From Tubulanus polymorphus (taxonomy: Eukaryota > Animalia > Nemertea), in contig NC_134026.1 of the NCBI RefSeq assembly GCF_964204645.1, positions 5,169,950-5,233,949 of the forward strand: DNA of 64,000 bases. The letters are read 5' to 3'. Shown here one piece after another: positions 1 to 14,674 of this stretch (positions within the stretch are counted from its first letter, which is position 1; each line of letters opens with the position of its first letter). The notes beneath the pieces are model-generated. The model was not told the DNA's origin and did no database searches. It saw only the letters and a list, made by a program, of their open reading frames with translations. Both the position numbers and the translations under genes were made by a program.

Positions 1-977
1 GATCACTCGCGTGGTATTTCATCTTTTAAACTAAAACTACCACGATTAACATTGATTCCACCTGAATTGTTTAAACTATCTAAGAATCTATTTTAAACGA
101 TGTAATCGATATCGATATTTAGGATGGAAAATGAAACGTTGTTCACGTTTCGAGTTCTTAGCTCCACAATTTTAAGTTTCTGGTAGTTTATTTCAATGGC
201 TCAATTAGCGGTGAGTTAACAGTCAATCCTACAGTCAATCCTACTCACATGCGAAAACACAAGTTCGTTTGAAGAGTTGTAGAACGGTCTACGGATCTTA
301 CTGAACGCATATAAATACATCCACATAGAGTGAAGTAATGAATGCTTTGTAATCTTACCGCTAAAGTTTTATCTAACAATATTCCTCTCTTCTTCGGATG
401 TTTCTCCTGTATAGTGATTAATGTATATGCATTATAGATTATTATGATTTACCTCATTATGATTGGGACGTAAGCACTTTTGTGATATACAGCGTGAGAG
501 AGTTTTGCTGTTTATTGTTCTCGAGAAACTAATTAATGTCATGACAATTATTAATTACCTCGACTGTTGGCAATCTTTACTACTGGACACACAAAAGTCA
601 GACATGATCTACACGGTTTTGGGGCCGTTCTAATGTTTGTGTTTCTTAAATGAGTATTGAGGTTTTCTTAAACACGTAACTGGAAGCTGGAATTTTTGCA
701 GTAATATTTTCTCGGATGTTCAGTACACCAATGAAGCTGGATCGTCCTCAGCTGAAAATATTATACCGTTCAGATCTTGAGAGTTCTGATTATGTTCTTT
801 ATATTTGATAGCTGTTATCATAAAAGTTAAAAGCGACAACGATCGACGAAAAAGATGTGCTAAAAAAGTTGTCCAAAAACGCCGGGTACTTCGATTAAAT
901 CGACACCAATTGAACCCTCACCGTACAGTGCTGCCACCATTTCAATATTTACATCGTACACGTGTTTGACAGAAATC

Positions 978-3900
978 ATGGGTCGAATACAGCGAAAGGT
1001 AGCTGAATTTCTATCTATATCAATTGAGATCGAAAGAAAAAATTGTTCCCTTGATTGAACTCGTATTTAGTTTCTAAATTATTTTCTCTTTGAATCTTAA
1101 AGATGTTGAGAATTCACGAAAAATTATTCTGATTGCATCAATTCAGTTCAATTAATCTTTATTGATTGGTTATCAAAAAAAGAAAAGAGAAATTATATTA
1201 TAATCTGTGTGGTCACCTCTCCTAATTATATGATATGTTAGATATGTGTATATTTCTTTTATAGTATGAAAAAGGTACTGCCAATACGTACGTCTCAAGA
1301 AATCAAGCAGTGAAGAAACTCCAATTGTCATTACCAGATTTCAGGTATGGATCACCAAAATCTCATCACAGACAGGCTTAATTAAACCTACTTAATTCTC
1401 TATCAAATAACTGGCACCTTATAGATATAAAGGATTATAAAGCCAAACATTAAACCAAAAAGGTTTTTTATTAAAGATATACTGGTATAGCCTTAGGCTT
1501 AGACCTACACGACTGCAAAACTGAGTCTGGCAAATTTCTTGATCTTTTCCAGGCGATTATGTATCTTGAAAGGAATCTATCCACACGAACCAAAGAATAA
1601 GAAGAAGGCAGGAAAAGGCGATACAACCGCTAAAACCTACTATCACAAGAAAGATATTCAATTTCTACTGCATGAGCCTATCATTAACAAATTCAGATCA
1701 CTGAAGGTTTGTGGAAATTATTATGATCCTCGCGCAAAATGAAGATACAGTCAACCCGCCATCCAATTTTCCGCCACCTCCAGTTTCAACTCAAATTTTC
1801 ATATCCTTCATCATCGAGTAGCCTATAGGCCCCTAATGGTGTTCAGTTTAACCACCTTAAGATTATCAGCCGAAGACCTTGGTCCCAACAGTGGCAGAAT
1901 ATCGAAAGCCGACTGCATTTAAAATCGACTAGTTTGGTTCATTTGAGATTCTTGCCGTTGTAGATATTTGCGCGAAAAATAAAGAAAGCAGTAGCGAAAG
2001 GAGAATCGGACCAAACGGACCGATTGAAACAGAATAAACCGAAATATTCATTAGACCACATCGTAAAGGAGAGGTAAATTAAGATTCTAGGACCATTGCC
2101 CCTCTCCCCGGAAAATTAGTTTGCTTTATTTGTTTATTCGTTATTATTCAGGTATCCGTCTTTTGTCGATGCCGTACGGGATATGGATGATTGTCTTTCG
2201 ATGGCAGCTTTGTTTTCCGTTTTGCCGAACACGCGTAAAGCTTACGCCGGAATGTTAAAACTATGTAGACGGCTAGTCGTCGAATTCATGCATTACGTTA
2301 TCAACGCCAGGGCTCTTAGAAAAGTGAGTTTGTAAAAATATTGTTACGTCGGACCTTTGATATTTTTTTGATAGAATTATAGAATAATCTTCTCTTTGTT
2401 ATAGGTTTTTATATCAATCAAAGGTATTTACTACCAAGCAGAGGTGATGGGACAGACTATTACTTGGATAGTACCGCACAATCTGGGATATGAGGTAAGC
2501 AGCATTTTGAGTGATGGAGAAATTTTTGGCCTTAAGATACATATACAAAATAAAATGTACAACTCCATTTCAGCATACGTCAGATGTAGATTACAAGATC
2601 ATGGGTGTATTCGTTGAGTTTTATGTTACGCTGTTAGGTTTCATCAACTTTAGATTGTACCACACAATAAACCTAACTTATCCCCCAAAGGTTAGTCATC
2701 AGTATTGGTTGAAATGAGTCATAAAAAAATCTCTAGGTTGGTAGTTGTTCCAGTTGACCTTTATATTTCCAGTTGGAGCTTTTCAATGAAAAAGAGTCCA
2801 GCGAAATACCGAGTCTGGAAAACATCTCGAAGAAAACGAAACGAAACATCAAAGACATGAAGCACGTTTCATCGACGAAAAACCAAATGTGTACGCCACA
2901 CGACGAACGGGACGAGCGCCTCGCTGCCTTGACGCAAAGCTTGAAATCCATCTCCAACGTGCAAGAGGAAGAGGTCGAACTGGACGAATTCTCATCCGCC
3001 GATACTAACGACCCCGACCTCGTCGAAAAGGCTAAAGTTGAACGAGACAACTTGAAGAAATTCCAAAATCTATTCAAAGATTTGAAATTCTACCTGAACC
3101 GGGAGATTCCGAGAGAAAATCTCGCATTCGTTATCAGGTAAAAGAGCTACCGTAATAGACGGGAAATTATTATCAGTAAATTGTATCATACCGGTTGTTA
3201 TGATTATGTTGTTTTGTATTTTTGTGTTAAGATCATTTGGCGGTGAAGTTTCGTGGTGTGAAACGGTCGCTGTTGGTGCTACTTATAAAGAAACCGATGA
3301 GACGATTACGCATCAAATCGTAGATCGGCCTATGGCCGAAAAACAGTACATGTCCAGGTAGAATATTTAATCATTTAATTTCTATAGCACCCGTTTTACT
3401 GTGATACAATGTTCACAGTTGGTACCATTACCCCTAGCCCATATCTCTGACTCAAACCATACATCAATCATCTCTCTGTGGAGAAGTAACATCCGAGCAG
3501 CTGTCATCTATCAGGCCAGGTACCCATTTATTGAATGCCAATTTGCCTACACCAATCCACCAAATATTGTAATTGTATGGTTGTACCTGCTTAATCTGGA
3601 TCAGTCTAATTTTGATCTAATCTGGATATTATTTTAAGTTAACCCATATGTAAAATTATGATGTTCGATTCGGATTTCTTGGCAACTTGGCAAATTTCAT
3701 TGGTCCCATACATCTCAGTTAAGAGGGTTTTACTGTATTCCGCAAATTAGATATGGATTAAGAAGATATACGGTATATGTCTTGTATTTATAGGTATTAT
3801 GTGCAACCGCAGTGGGTATTTGATTGTATTAATTCGCACAAGCTAATCGCGGTCGAGGATTATTTCCCGGGAGCGACGCTACCTCCTCATCTGTCTCCGT

Positions 3901-4803
3901 TCGTCGAGGATGGCGACGAAGATTACGTTCCGCCGGAAAAAAGTGGAATTGAAGTCGAAGGTTAGTAAACTGCTGACGACTACTCTTAGAAATAAAATAC
4001 AGCATCAGCAGCGTTCTTCTAGCTATTTAGAAAATGTACTGGTAGAGACGAGTTCATTGTCATTGTTTTCGTCCTTAGTTTCTAGTGAGGAAGAGGAAGA
4101 TGGTGAAGAGGATGAAGAAGATGAAGGAGTCGGTGTTGAGGATATGATTAATAATGATGATGATGATGATAATGATGAGGAAAGCTCTGAAGATGAAGAA
4201 GAGGTGGAAGATGATGATGATGATGAAGATGAGGAGGGTAAATTCATCAAATTTTTAACTCTTGATATTTCATGGATTTGGGATCCTGTAATTTGGATCT
4301 CAATTTTCTTCAAAAGCGTTAGAATTAGATGTTACAGGGCTAATGCTCATTTAATGTATATATTATTTAAAGAATACAATATACATTATCATACATTGTA
4401 GATATCTCTGAAGACGATGTTGATGATGAAGAGCCTGTGGCGAAGAAACGCAAACACGGTCAGAAGAAATTGCTCAACATGTCCGTCGAAGCCGGCAAGG
4501 TGGAAAAGGTCGATCAGAATAAACAGTTGAAGAAACAGCAAGACGAAGAGAAAAAACTATCGGAGATGATGATCCCGAAGAAAAAGCGACGACTCTACAA
4601 TAAGATTATGTATTCACAGAAAAAGAAAGCTCAGGAGGCGAGTTATAATTGTGTCTCGTGGTACCTTTTTAAACCACTGAAAGTTGACACAAATCCATAA
4701 TAAACGTGACTTCACTTTTGTTTTTCAGGCACGAAAATTAGTCGAAAAGCGAAAGTTACACGAGAAAAAAGTCAAGTCAGATAAGAGGAAATCTACTGGA
4801 TAA
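978..4803 (+). CDS. PES1: Pescadillo homolog (ribosome biogenesis, BRCT domain), multi-exon
   Basis: Exons 978-998 (MGRIQRK), 1265-1344 ([27 protein letters not shown]), 1553-1706 ([14 protein letters not shown]...), 1964-2073 and onward. BRCT region has [13 protein letters not shown]...LPPHLSPF, followed by an acidic tail. Last exon 4729-4803. GT-AG junctions except one GC donor at 4638. Confidence 0.96.
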
Positions 4804-5553
4804 AATGGTTATGCACAGAAATGTTTCAAACAGAACTATTTATATTACGAGCAAATGCAAGTTACAAGTCTGACGAGATAGCAATTGAATGGATACTGCC
4901 GTGGTTCCATTGTATTGTGCTGACAATGAAATAAAGAATAAGTAAATCGTTTGTCAAGATTTCATTGTTAATTGTAAAGGATTTCAAGTAAGGAGATATC
5001 AAACCCATCTTTTTGTGCTCCCATTACTCACACAAGAATCCGAGAACTCGTCACTTTCTCTCAGATTTCACGGTTTTAGAGGAATATATCGCTGCAACTG
5101 TACTTTGACATTTCATGTGTGTAGAAATCAAATGACCTTTAGTTGTTCGAGAGAAACTGTTATGAACGGGTTGCCCTTTTCCTCAAGATAGACGTTTAGA
5201 TTAGTGACATACATAAGAATCTGAGAAGTTTAGACAGCTTCGACTTGGAACTCGCAGAATCCATGACTTCCTGAAGACTAGAGACAGTTAACCACAAGGA
5301 GAAGTCATGCGTATAAAGAAATTTTAAAATCATAATTTTATTTACCAAAATAAAAACAGATTTATCACAGCATTATTATATAATTACAAACAAAGCAAGC
5401 AAAATAGTCTTGATTAATGTCTTATATTAATGGCAACTCAATTACATGTATTGCTAAGAGTCATCCTCATAGAACCGCTAATGTTTAGATTAGCTAGTGT
5501 GAGGTTCAGTTGAAATCCATAAAAAAATCCCACCATCCTTAATTCATTCATCT

Positions 5554-8500
5554 TTACACTGAAGGGATTCTATCCGGGAGGCAATCCAACAAACTACAAG
5601 CAAACTCTTTAGTTCTTGCGTAATGTCCACATTTGATAACCGAATTCACTTTGACGTGAAACTTGATTGGAACCTACAACAAAACAAGCGCGGTTTATAA
5701 AAATATTTGTACATGCATATAAAGAATATTTCAGATAGGTAGATTGTAGAAATAATACTACATCAAAACCCGATATAGCTTCAACTGAAACTAGTACACG
5801 TATTTCTTTTTATCAGTTCTTAAATTCTATTTGATGATTATTGGTTCTCGGGCTTCTGTGAAACCCTCATTCTTGTATCTGTCTGTGTGTGGCCGACCTT
5901 AATCTAAAGGTTGAAATCCAAAAAGCAGTCTTGACAGAATTTAGCTAATGGTCCCAGGGCCTAGATGCAACATATCCAAAATGCAATGGAAACTAACGCA
6001 TGGTAATTTCGTAGTTCTAGCCTAAGCCAGAGAACCATGGTCGCCTATGGCTTGTTGTGTATTAGGTTATCGATGCATTGGAATTTGTGATTTTGATTTG
6101 TTTTACCCTTGGAAGCCTTCGTCTGGTCACGATTCCATTGCCGACCTCCAGATATGTAAGATGAGGATATGTAATTCTTTGACCTGCAGCTATTTCTGAT
6201 AGCACTTGATGAATCGGAGCTCGCACTGCCAGACGGATATCTATAATACACAATTTCAAGCACTTATTAGAGAATTATCAAAACGATAATCTAGACCCAA
6301 TGCTACATTGATTACCGGTAATAGCAATTAACAGAACTAATCACTTGACACTGCCTACCTTGATAAAAGCTGCCTCTTCGAAGCGTATTCGAACCTATTG
6401 TCGTATAATCTAAACTAAATCTATGTGAAAAGTTACTAGCGCTATTGCTTTCTCTACTGGAAATCGTAGACTGCATAGAACTGTCAATATCCAGTGGTAT
6501 AACTGAGAATCCAAAATTATCCGCAATGTCGGTTTTAAAATCACCAAAATCCGAAAACGATCGCCCAGAATTGTGTTTCGATTTGAACGTTCGGTAAGCG
6601 GATTGTATTTTCGAAGCAGCGTCTTGTAACTTTCTAATACGTTTTCTAACCAACCAACAACGAACGACTGAAGAACCAAAAACAAAAACTAAAACAGTAA
6701 TTCGTTAACGCTTCAATTCAACTATCTCTAGAAATACAGGATCCAGTTCCATAGTTGAGATAAAATTAGTTCATTTTTAATAAGTTAAATCTAATAACTC
6801 ACAACTGCGGAACTATTTCAATTAGTATTTACCTGACTGAATCTTGATGACTGCTTTTTGTTTTCGCTTTCGCCAGCGGAGTTTTCGTCTCCACGCACAT
6901 TGTATCGTGAACACAAATTTCGATAACGTCGTATTGCGACTGGATTCCAAAGCTTCGAGCTGAAAAAAACGAAACGTGTCTATGATGATGACTAAACTGA
7001 GTTTCAATGAGCACATTTCATTCGAGTTACATCTACAATTGCAGGGTCCAATCTAAGCACTTGTCCGATTGCCCGGGACAAGTATATTCTCATCAGGGCG
7101 AGTAGGTTATCATTATCATTTGTCCCCCGGGCTAGTGCAATTTTATGTCACAAAGCTTTTTTTCCCATTCGATACAACGGATTTCTTAACGCATTTCGTT
7201 TTCGCGATAAAATGGAAGATTTTTCAGAAAAGGAATCATAGTGCCACCAATTGGACTGCCTCGGTAGGGCAAGTAGCTTTTGGAGGGGGCAAGCAAAATT
7301 TAAAATTTCAGATATGCTTGCCCCCCCCTCCCGGGCAAGTGGCTTTCATTCCTTAGATTGGACCCTGCAATTGTCAACAATGTCGATCAACTGTTTACCT
7401 GCCCATCTCTCAGATAGATTTTAGTTTTGCCGAACTGATGAGTTAGATTGTGTGAAGCGAGATACTGACGACCGAACACGTACTTCATTACAGTTGCGCA
7501 ACATTTCCTAGTATGGTCGGCGCTCGACACAGCTGCAACATAAAATAACGAGGCTGGCAAAATGATTATCTATACCAAAATTTCTTTCCTCTGAAATATT
7601 CGCAAATAATCTTTTTCCAAAATTGCAGATTCTCATTTATTCATCAGAAAATTTGTAGCCATCTTACCCGCACGTCTGCGCAGACGTCTTTTCGGCGTCA
7701 TTGACTTTCTGGGAGTGGTGTTTATATCGAATTGTTTACTATAGAGAACATCTAGTGGTTCAATAAGCGCTTCATTTTCTTTATTATCATCGCTGTGATC
7801 AGATGCTGTACGTGCGCCAGGTGCTGGCAACGATGGCGTAGTTATCTTTGCATCAGTGTGACGTACAGATTGATGCTCCCTCAGCAATACTCCATATCTC
7901 TGTAGGAATTCGGTGTATGGCAATCTTAAGAAAAAAGACAAAACCATGAAATTGAATTCGATAATTTCCGCAGTTTTACTTCCACGTCACCCTGATATTG
8001 ATTTACCTCGCTGGATAACCTTGTCGACAGATTTCGACAGTCTCCATAACGCCGCATGCTCTCATCTGATCTAGAACATACAGATTGTCGAATGACCCGG
8101 GCAAACTCTCGCGATTCGGTTTTATACACCGTACGTAGAAAGTATCGGTACTCTTCAGTGTTGCCATTAAAGCGTCTAAAGATGTCTGGAAGTATAATTA
8201 TCCTAATGAAAATACTTCTAGGCAAATATAGTGCTGAGAATTTGTCCCCAGCAAAGAAGAATTCGAGCTCTGTTTAGTCAAAGATCAAAGTTAAAGTTAT
8301 CTGTATTTGGGAAGGATAAAAAATGTGACATAGTTGTAAATTCACCGTAAATTCTGTACTACGAACCTTGAATTTTGAAAATACAGTCTTCTTCTTTCTG
8401 CTGGTCGTTTCCGTATCAGAGTTTGAAAATAACTGCCTTACAAATTCATTATTGCTACCTTTCAAGAGATTTGTCAACTCATTCGGGATATCGTCCTACA

Positions 8501-11500
8501 AAATATTGAAGGTAAACCTCGTTTACAGGGTCCCCACAGATCATTCATTCCTGGACATAAGGAGTTTCTAAGCGTTATGAAGGAGAAAATTTCATATCTC
8601 AAGGAAGTGCCGGCATCAATTCCATATCCCAATTACAGTAGACTCCTCCTAAATCAGTACTGTTCATCTCAGTAAACCATTAATTTGGTGGTTTTATAAG
8701 TAAATATTTAACCTTTACCCTACTAAGCTTGATTTCTAATTTGGTGACCACCTAGTAGGGTAACAAAAAGATCCTGGTTCCGACTGTACTGATTTAGGCA
8801 TAGTCTAATGTACCAGTTCTTAAGTATCTAATTGCCTATTTCTCAAAATTGAAGGAGTTTCTGACATTTAGTTCAAATTAAAGGAGTTTCAAACTTTTTA
8901 AGGAATCAAGGAGTCATAGGGAACCTGTTTTAACAAGCGCAGATCCATATAATAATGAATATTCTCAAACTAATAGACTTTACCTTGTTTTTCTCTACCA
9001 AGCCTGCAAGTCTATACCGCACATCACCGGCGTAATGTTTTATGATGAAACAACAATTGCCATTTCTGGGACATTTAAAATGTTTATTTTGATTTAAGTT
9101 TCCATCTAGTCGCTCGAGTAAAGCTTTGTCATTTGACGGCCGATTCAGAAAGCATTCCTGAAATAATTCCCATCGTATTCAAAAACATGTATCATAGTAC
9201 AGGGTATATTCATTCTGAGCAGAAAAAGCATATTCAATATCATGATACGAATACAGTACCTCATTAATCAGTGACAAAACGCTTATTTGGCCTTCCAAAA
9301 TATCCAGACACAATGAATTATCAGAAAATTCTGTGTACGTCCAAGGCATGGCTTCAGAAATATACTCTTCCTACAATCAATAACAACAGATATTCCTTTG
9401 TTTCATAAGAAAATTTCTGACCATATACATATGTAATCTATTACAACATTCAATGTCATCTTTATCATCTTTATACCTGTAATTCCTTCAGAAATTGTGC
9501 TACAAAATGTTGTTGTAATTTCTCATTCGCATAATTGATACACAGTTGTTCAAGACTGTTTTCGATGAAACTTTCAAAACCATAGATATCCAATATTCCT
9601 GTTAGAAAAATTGGCCGCATTAGTCAAAAATACTCTTTTTCTCAAGAAATTGAAAACGATAAACTTGTAGCATAAGCCCAAAAACTCAATTGAGGTTCAA
9701 TTATTGTCAGATTTTACTTCAACAGGGGTGGATTTAGGCTGGAAGAAAGAGGGGATTCAACTCGTATGAAAAGGGCAGTTTTTTAGTTAGGTTATGGCGG
9801 GTCTCCCGGCAAGCACCGCAAGCATTAAGTCCTAGCAGAGGGGTTTGAGGTCCTCCCCCAGAATTACTTTGAAAATACAGCACTAGGTATATTTCAATAC
9901 AATCCTAGTGCATAAAAGATAAAGATCAGTACTAGGGATATGAAGCCTATATCAAGTGGATTTTCAAAAAGGGCACTTGGTCAGAAAGGGGGGTTCGAAA
10001 CCATCTGCCGCTGCTCAATCTTGCAAGAATCAAAACTCAACTGACTGGTACATCAATAGGCAACTACTAGTCTTGATATTGAATGAATCCCGGAACCTAA
10101 TTATCATTTTATGAAATTATAGCAGCTCTTTACCTATGAAATTGCATACGTGATCACTCTTAATGACAGAATTGATCAATTCCACCAGCCAATCAAATAA
10201 CCTGAAACACCCAATTCCTTGTTAGCAAACATAGTCAAACAGTCACAGAACAGTGCCAACATGCAACAAGATTAAGTTAATGGGAACTTCGTAAAACGTT
10301 ATCAAGACTTTAAAAACTAATTATATTGTTGTAATTAAATCAAGATTAGAGTTAAGAGTATCAATATCATGTGCTTTTCAATGTAACCATTGTTATGGAA
10401 ATCTCTAGGTGCTGAGATAATTGGTTTTAAAGTGAGACCTACTTCTGATAGAGTAACTTTGAGAGACAGTCGCGTCGACAGTTCGATTCATCCAAAGAGC
10501 ACGCTTTATGAAAGACACTTTTTCGACGACTGTGACTGGCAGTTATCTCCCGAAATGTTAGAACGCGTTCAAGCTTGTCACTGTCGAGTCCCAATAACCG
10601 ACAAGCAAAGTCTAAACTTCTTTTAACTGAAAATGAGAATTTCATTAATATACCAGTAGTTGATGCTTATGCTTTAGAGCTAGAACCAATTTCATCCCTT
10701 AATATTTCACATGTCTACACTCATAACTAGTGTATGAAGCCAATCAATGTAGGCGTATTTGAAAAATCAAGAGAGGATCTTTAGCGAAACTCTTTCATGA
10801 AATGTAACATTATATTAAGAATTACCTGAATGTCCTGATGGCAGAGAGCAAGAATCATCATCTTCATCGACAACAAATGCCAAATTTCCCATGTGTAGAA
10901 CAGAACTCAAAATCTGAAAATTGAATCGGTAAAATTCACGTTGAATTATAACATTCAATCACAGAGCATTTATCCGAACAAATCTTCTATACCTTGAATA
11001 TATTCTGTTGTTGAACGAAAGTGACTCCGATTTCAGTCAATGCATCTGTGAGCTCCTTCCAAGCATTTTCATCGTGGATATTCTGTCGGATGGCATTGTT
11101 CAAATTAACAAAATCTGACGCTTTCAAATCGGACAACAACCAAGTCTGTCTTTCAGCAGTACTCGCCCCTTGTAGCATCTATGAAATATTTGTGATGATG
11201 ACACAAATGAATATATGAAATCAAAAATATATGCGAATTCAGTTCCTATTTATGTGTATGCATAGAATGCTGCATGGATGAAATTTGGATTCCTACCTGA
11301 TAGAAAACATGGAAATTACTTTCCCTGTGGTTTTGATGAACAACTCTAGTTTTCTCTAGTAAATAGGTCTGTATATGTGAACCGATTATGGCAGATGACC
11401 TGTGAGAATTAGAAATATTTAACATGACTTCACTGTTACGCTACAGCTATAAATAAGGGTGCGAATCTCTTGAATACGAGCTTTTCATATCAGACCAAAT

Positions 11501-12614
11501 ATTCCATAGGCCTATTACCGATTGAACTGTAGCTTGATATATTTTCCAAATCTGGAGCTATTGTCATTCCTAGCTGTTACAGCATTACCTAAAACAAAAT
11601 ATTCAAAACTGACATTGATTGATAGTGGTATTTTGCCATCTTGTGCGCTGTGTACGTATATCTATAGAAATTACTAAGGAATCAGTGAATTCATAAATAA
11701 AAGGATAATTATAATCAAAACTCGTGCATACCAAACGCTTCTAATACTGGATTCGAATCTAATATTCGTCGTTCAATTTTTGCGCCGGTCAAATCATCGA
11801 CAGCAGAATCCTTGTCACCAGCGACTGAAGTCAAGTATTTCATCACCAGTTTCGCCGTCACTGTCTGAAGTTAAATCAAAAGTCTTCTAGGTAAAGAGAC
11901 AGAAATGAATACGCCATAGCTATAGAAAGAGTACATAAACAAAGTAGACCCTCTCTAAACAGTCAAGTCATTTTAAAAAATCGAAATACCTTTCCAGCGC
12001 CGCTCTCTCCGCTAATGATAACGCTTTGATTTTGACGCGTGACGTCATTTCGAAGACCGAGGAATGCTTTTTGAGACAGAAGGAACACATGCGGCGACAA
12101 ATCGTCCAAACGATGCGTATTATGTTGTTCTATAACATCGACGCTGTATATATGCGGTATTGTTCTAAATGGATTTATTGCGATCAGAGTGGAGCCGGCG
12201 TTAGTGTAAAATTTATCTGATTTATATCTTTTACATAAACATTTGATCGCTGAAATAAGACGATAACATTTACAATTAGAAATAAGCCTTTACCCTTTTT
12301 AGTAATAAAGATGTCCTGCACATGTAAGATCCAACGCGCAACACAAGCTACTATAAACATCCAAACTTCAAGACGAGTCCCTGGTGGTGTATGTACATGT
12401 GTGTGATTACGATAAGTAGTGGGTGGTGAGAGTGTGAGACTGATGCTGACAGTATACGGAAGAAGAAGACTGACTCTCGATCGATCGATGGAGGAGATCC
12501 CGAGAGAGATGGGTTCTTCTTTTGTTTGGGTATTTTCTTACCCGATTCTTCAGATACTGGGGTTAATAAAGTTAGATTATTAATCGTGCATATATTCTGT
12601 TGGCTCGGATCCAT
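5554..12614 (-). CDS. MYO19: Unconventional myosin-XIX (mitochondrial myosin), multi-exon
   Basis: Start [24 protein letters not shown] spliced to [29 protein letters not shown]-loop GESGAGKT (~11990-12010), DIYGFESF and [17 protein letters not shown] motor motifs, IQ-like motifs (IQCAWRR, IQSAYR), short tail ending [10 protein letters not shown]|VPIKFH...IPSV* (last exon 5673-5554). The FYTNAG motif and the tail match MYO19. Confidence 0.88.
7042..7367. mobile_element. Non-autonomous DNA transposon (MITE, hAT-like CAGGG termini) in MYO19 intron
   Basis: Perfect 16-bp TIR CAGGGTCCAATCTAAG (7042-7057) / CTTAGATTGGACCCTG (7352-7367), flanked on both sides by CAATTG; internal GGGC/ACAAGT subterminal repeats. 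Confidence 0.8.
8526..8927. mobile_element. hAT-like MITE in MYO19 intron
   Basis: Imperfect TIRs CAGGGTCCCCA / TAGGGAACCTG, near-identical 5-bp flanks GTTTA/TTTTA, and repeated AAGGAGTTT subterminal motifs. Confidence 0.55.
8636..8810. mobile_element. Tc1/mariner(pogo)-type MITE nested in the previous element
   Basis: 25-bp TIRs CAGTAGACTCCTCCTAAATCAGTAC vs reverse complement CATTAGACTATGCCTAAATCAGTAC (4 mismatches), with TA on both sides. Similar TA-CAGT...ACTG remnants at ~1748-1915 and ending at ~3736. Confidence 0.7.
9723..10013. mobile_element. Degenerate MITE with G-rich termini
   Basis: CAGGGGTGGAT at the left and ATCTGCCGCTG at the right form an imperfect TIR, with G-run-rich internal sequence; intronic. 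Confidence 0.4.
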
Positions 12615-13525
12615 CGCTGTATGGTGTCTAAAAATCTTTCAGATACTAATTTGGAGGCATTTTCTGCGACAAAAAGTAATTTGTCTTGTTGATTCAACGC
12701 TTCCGCCTATTAATACTTGAAACTAAATTGCATCCCGCAGCAACTGATCTAGAACGGGTTCGAGTCGCGTTCGAGTCCCACTTAATCTTTACACCGCGCA
12801 CTACAATGCGGAAAAGGATTCAAGAACTAGACACCATCAAACTCAATATAATATCGATGGTAAGGTGGAACATCTTTTGGGCGCCTTGGTACGATCGGAT
12901 GAGACCCTTCAAAGAATGTAAATTTACATGCTCAATTTCTCTGCATATATCAGAACTTTTTGTGCGGCGCCCCCCCTGGACCCGGGGTCTGAGTGTACTA
13001 GAGATGAGTGCTTGCTCCATTCGGGCTAAGTCAGCAGTTACTGCTACTCCATTCCAATATTCTGAAACACAAAAGCACTAGAACTTGAATCCATCCGGAG
13101 CGGCATTCGGCAACTATGAATCACGAATAATAACTTCTGCGCACCGTTACTGGGTCGAACATTGACGCTTTCCTTGCAAATCTCTTAAATCAGCCCGTGC
13201 CTTCAACAACATTTATTGTGTCAAATTTTTGTCACATCAATCAAATAGTCGCAAAAAAAACGAGACCGCTCATCACGCGTGCGTGTCTGCACGAGACGCT
13301 AAGCAGGGGCATCGACCGAGAACACTGGTATGAACTTTTTAGTGCACCAGCAAATTTCAAGTTTTGAATGTCGCCAGTCTTTAGCCCTTTATTGCCAAAT
13401 TCTTAGTTAAGCAAACATATATACAAACGTTCAAAACCGGTTCTATGCATGAATGGCTTTTACCGTATAAAACAACGAGTGCAATACGTCAATCGTCTTC
13501 ACTTGAAAAACAAATTGCGAGCGAA

Positions 13526-14674
13526 ATGGCTGGAACTAGCCTATTTCATATTGGGGTTTTTACCCTTGTACTTATATCTTTGTTAGAACCGGGTAAGTGC
13601 GATGAATTGTTTGAAATTAAATTTCCTTATCTTGTTAAGAGTTGATGTCTTCTAATGCTAATATTTCCTAACGAACTAAAAAGTTATCAAATACCTACAA
13701 ATACATAAGAAGTTGAAAAATGCAATGTGCCGCGTCTTCTTACTCAATCAAATTTTTCGAGAATTAAATAACTTGTGAAACTGGAAAACGTATTTTCTTG
13801 ATCCTCAACTCAAATGATACCGAATTAATTTCAAAATATCTAGGCGCGTCGCAAAATCCAAATACACAGGATCAACCGCCCAGAAAGGCGACGGATACGA
13901 TCAAATGTTTTGAATGCAACGTTTTTCGAGGTTCGGTGAAACCGAAACAATGTCGCGAAGGTGATGTCGTCGAACAAGATGATTGTGTGGCATGCGCAAA
14001 ATATGTGACGCTGATGACATTAGGTTACAATAAACCGAAATACGGCGGTATCCATCAAAAGCAAGGTAAGTTCTATATACGAAAAATTCTCTGTGATTCG
14101 TGCTGAAGTAAATCATCGTCATTTTGTATAACAAATCCGTACGTACAAGCTCAGAGCTTCATAAATTGACTTCATGTATTAATGATGGTTCATTTTGCTA
14201 TTTAATAGTGAAAAACGCAATATCAAAACTCTATCAAATCTCAATATGATGTCTCGGCTAAAATACAATCAACTCAAATCTGCATATTATTCTCAGTTGG
14301 GAAAAATTGCAAAAAATATCCACATGAAATTATCCGTGGTCGTGTCAATTCTTACAATTGACGCCTTCCTTTCAATCGACCTAAATATTTTATATATATA
14401 TGTATATGCTTTGTGTTTGATATCATGTCCTCGGGTGTGTCAGGTATTTCTATTCGTTTCAGTCTACAATGTGACGACCAAGATGTGTATACCAAAAAAT
14501 CGGTACACGCCGCAGTCCAAAGATGACGCATGCTATTGGGATGCGGGCAATTCTGGAGAGCAGACAAGATGTTACTGTTTTTCAGACTTATGCAATGCTG
14601 GTTCCGTGAATTACATTTCGCGGTCCGTTTTTCCTGCTTTATTCCTCACATTGGTCTCCGCCGTCCTGTACTAG
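13526..14674 (+). CDS. Ly6/uPAR (three-finger, quiver/sleepless-like) GPI-anchored protein
   Basis: Exons 13526-13592 (signal peptide MAGTSLFHIGVFTLVLISLLEPG), 13844-14065 (IKCFECN...CVACAKY) and 14463-14674 (KMC...ACY...RCYCFSDLCN, then a hydrophobic GPI-type tail). 10 Cys; phase-1 introns. Confidence 0.85.

Noticed and set aside
4023-4313. Poly-serine ORF on the - strand
   Set aside because: Antisense shadow of the GAT/GAA-rich acidic exon of PES1.
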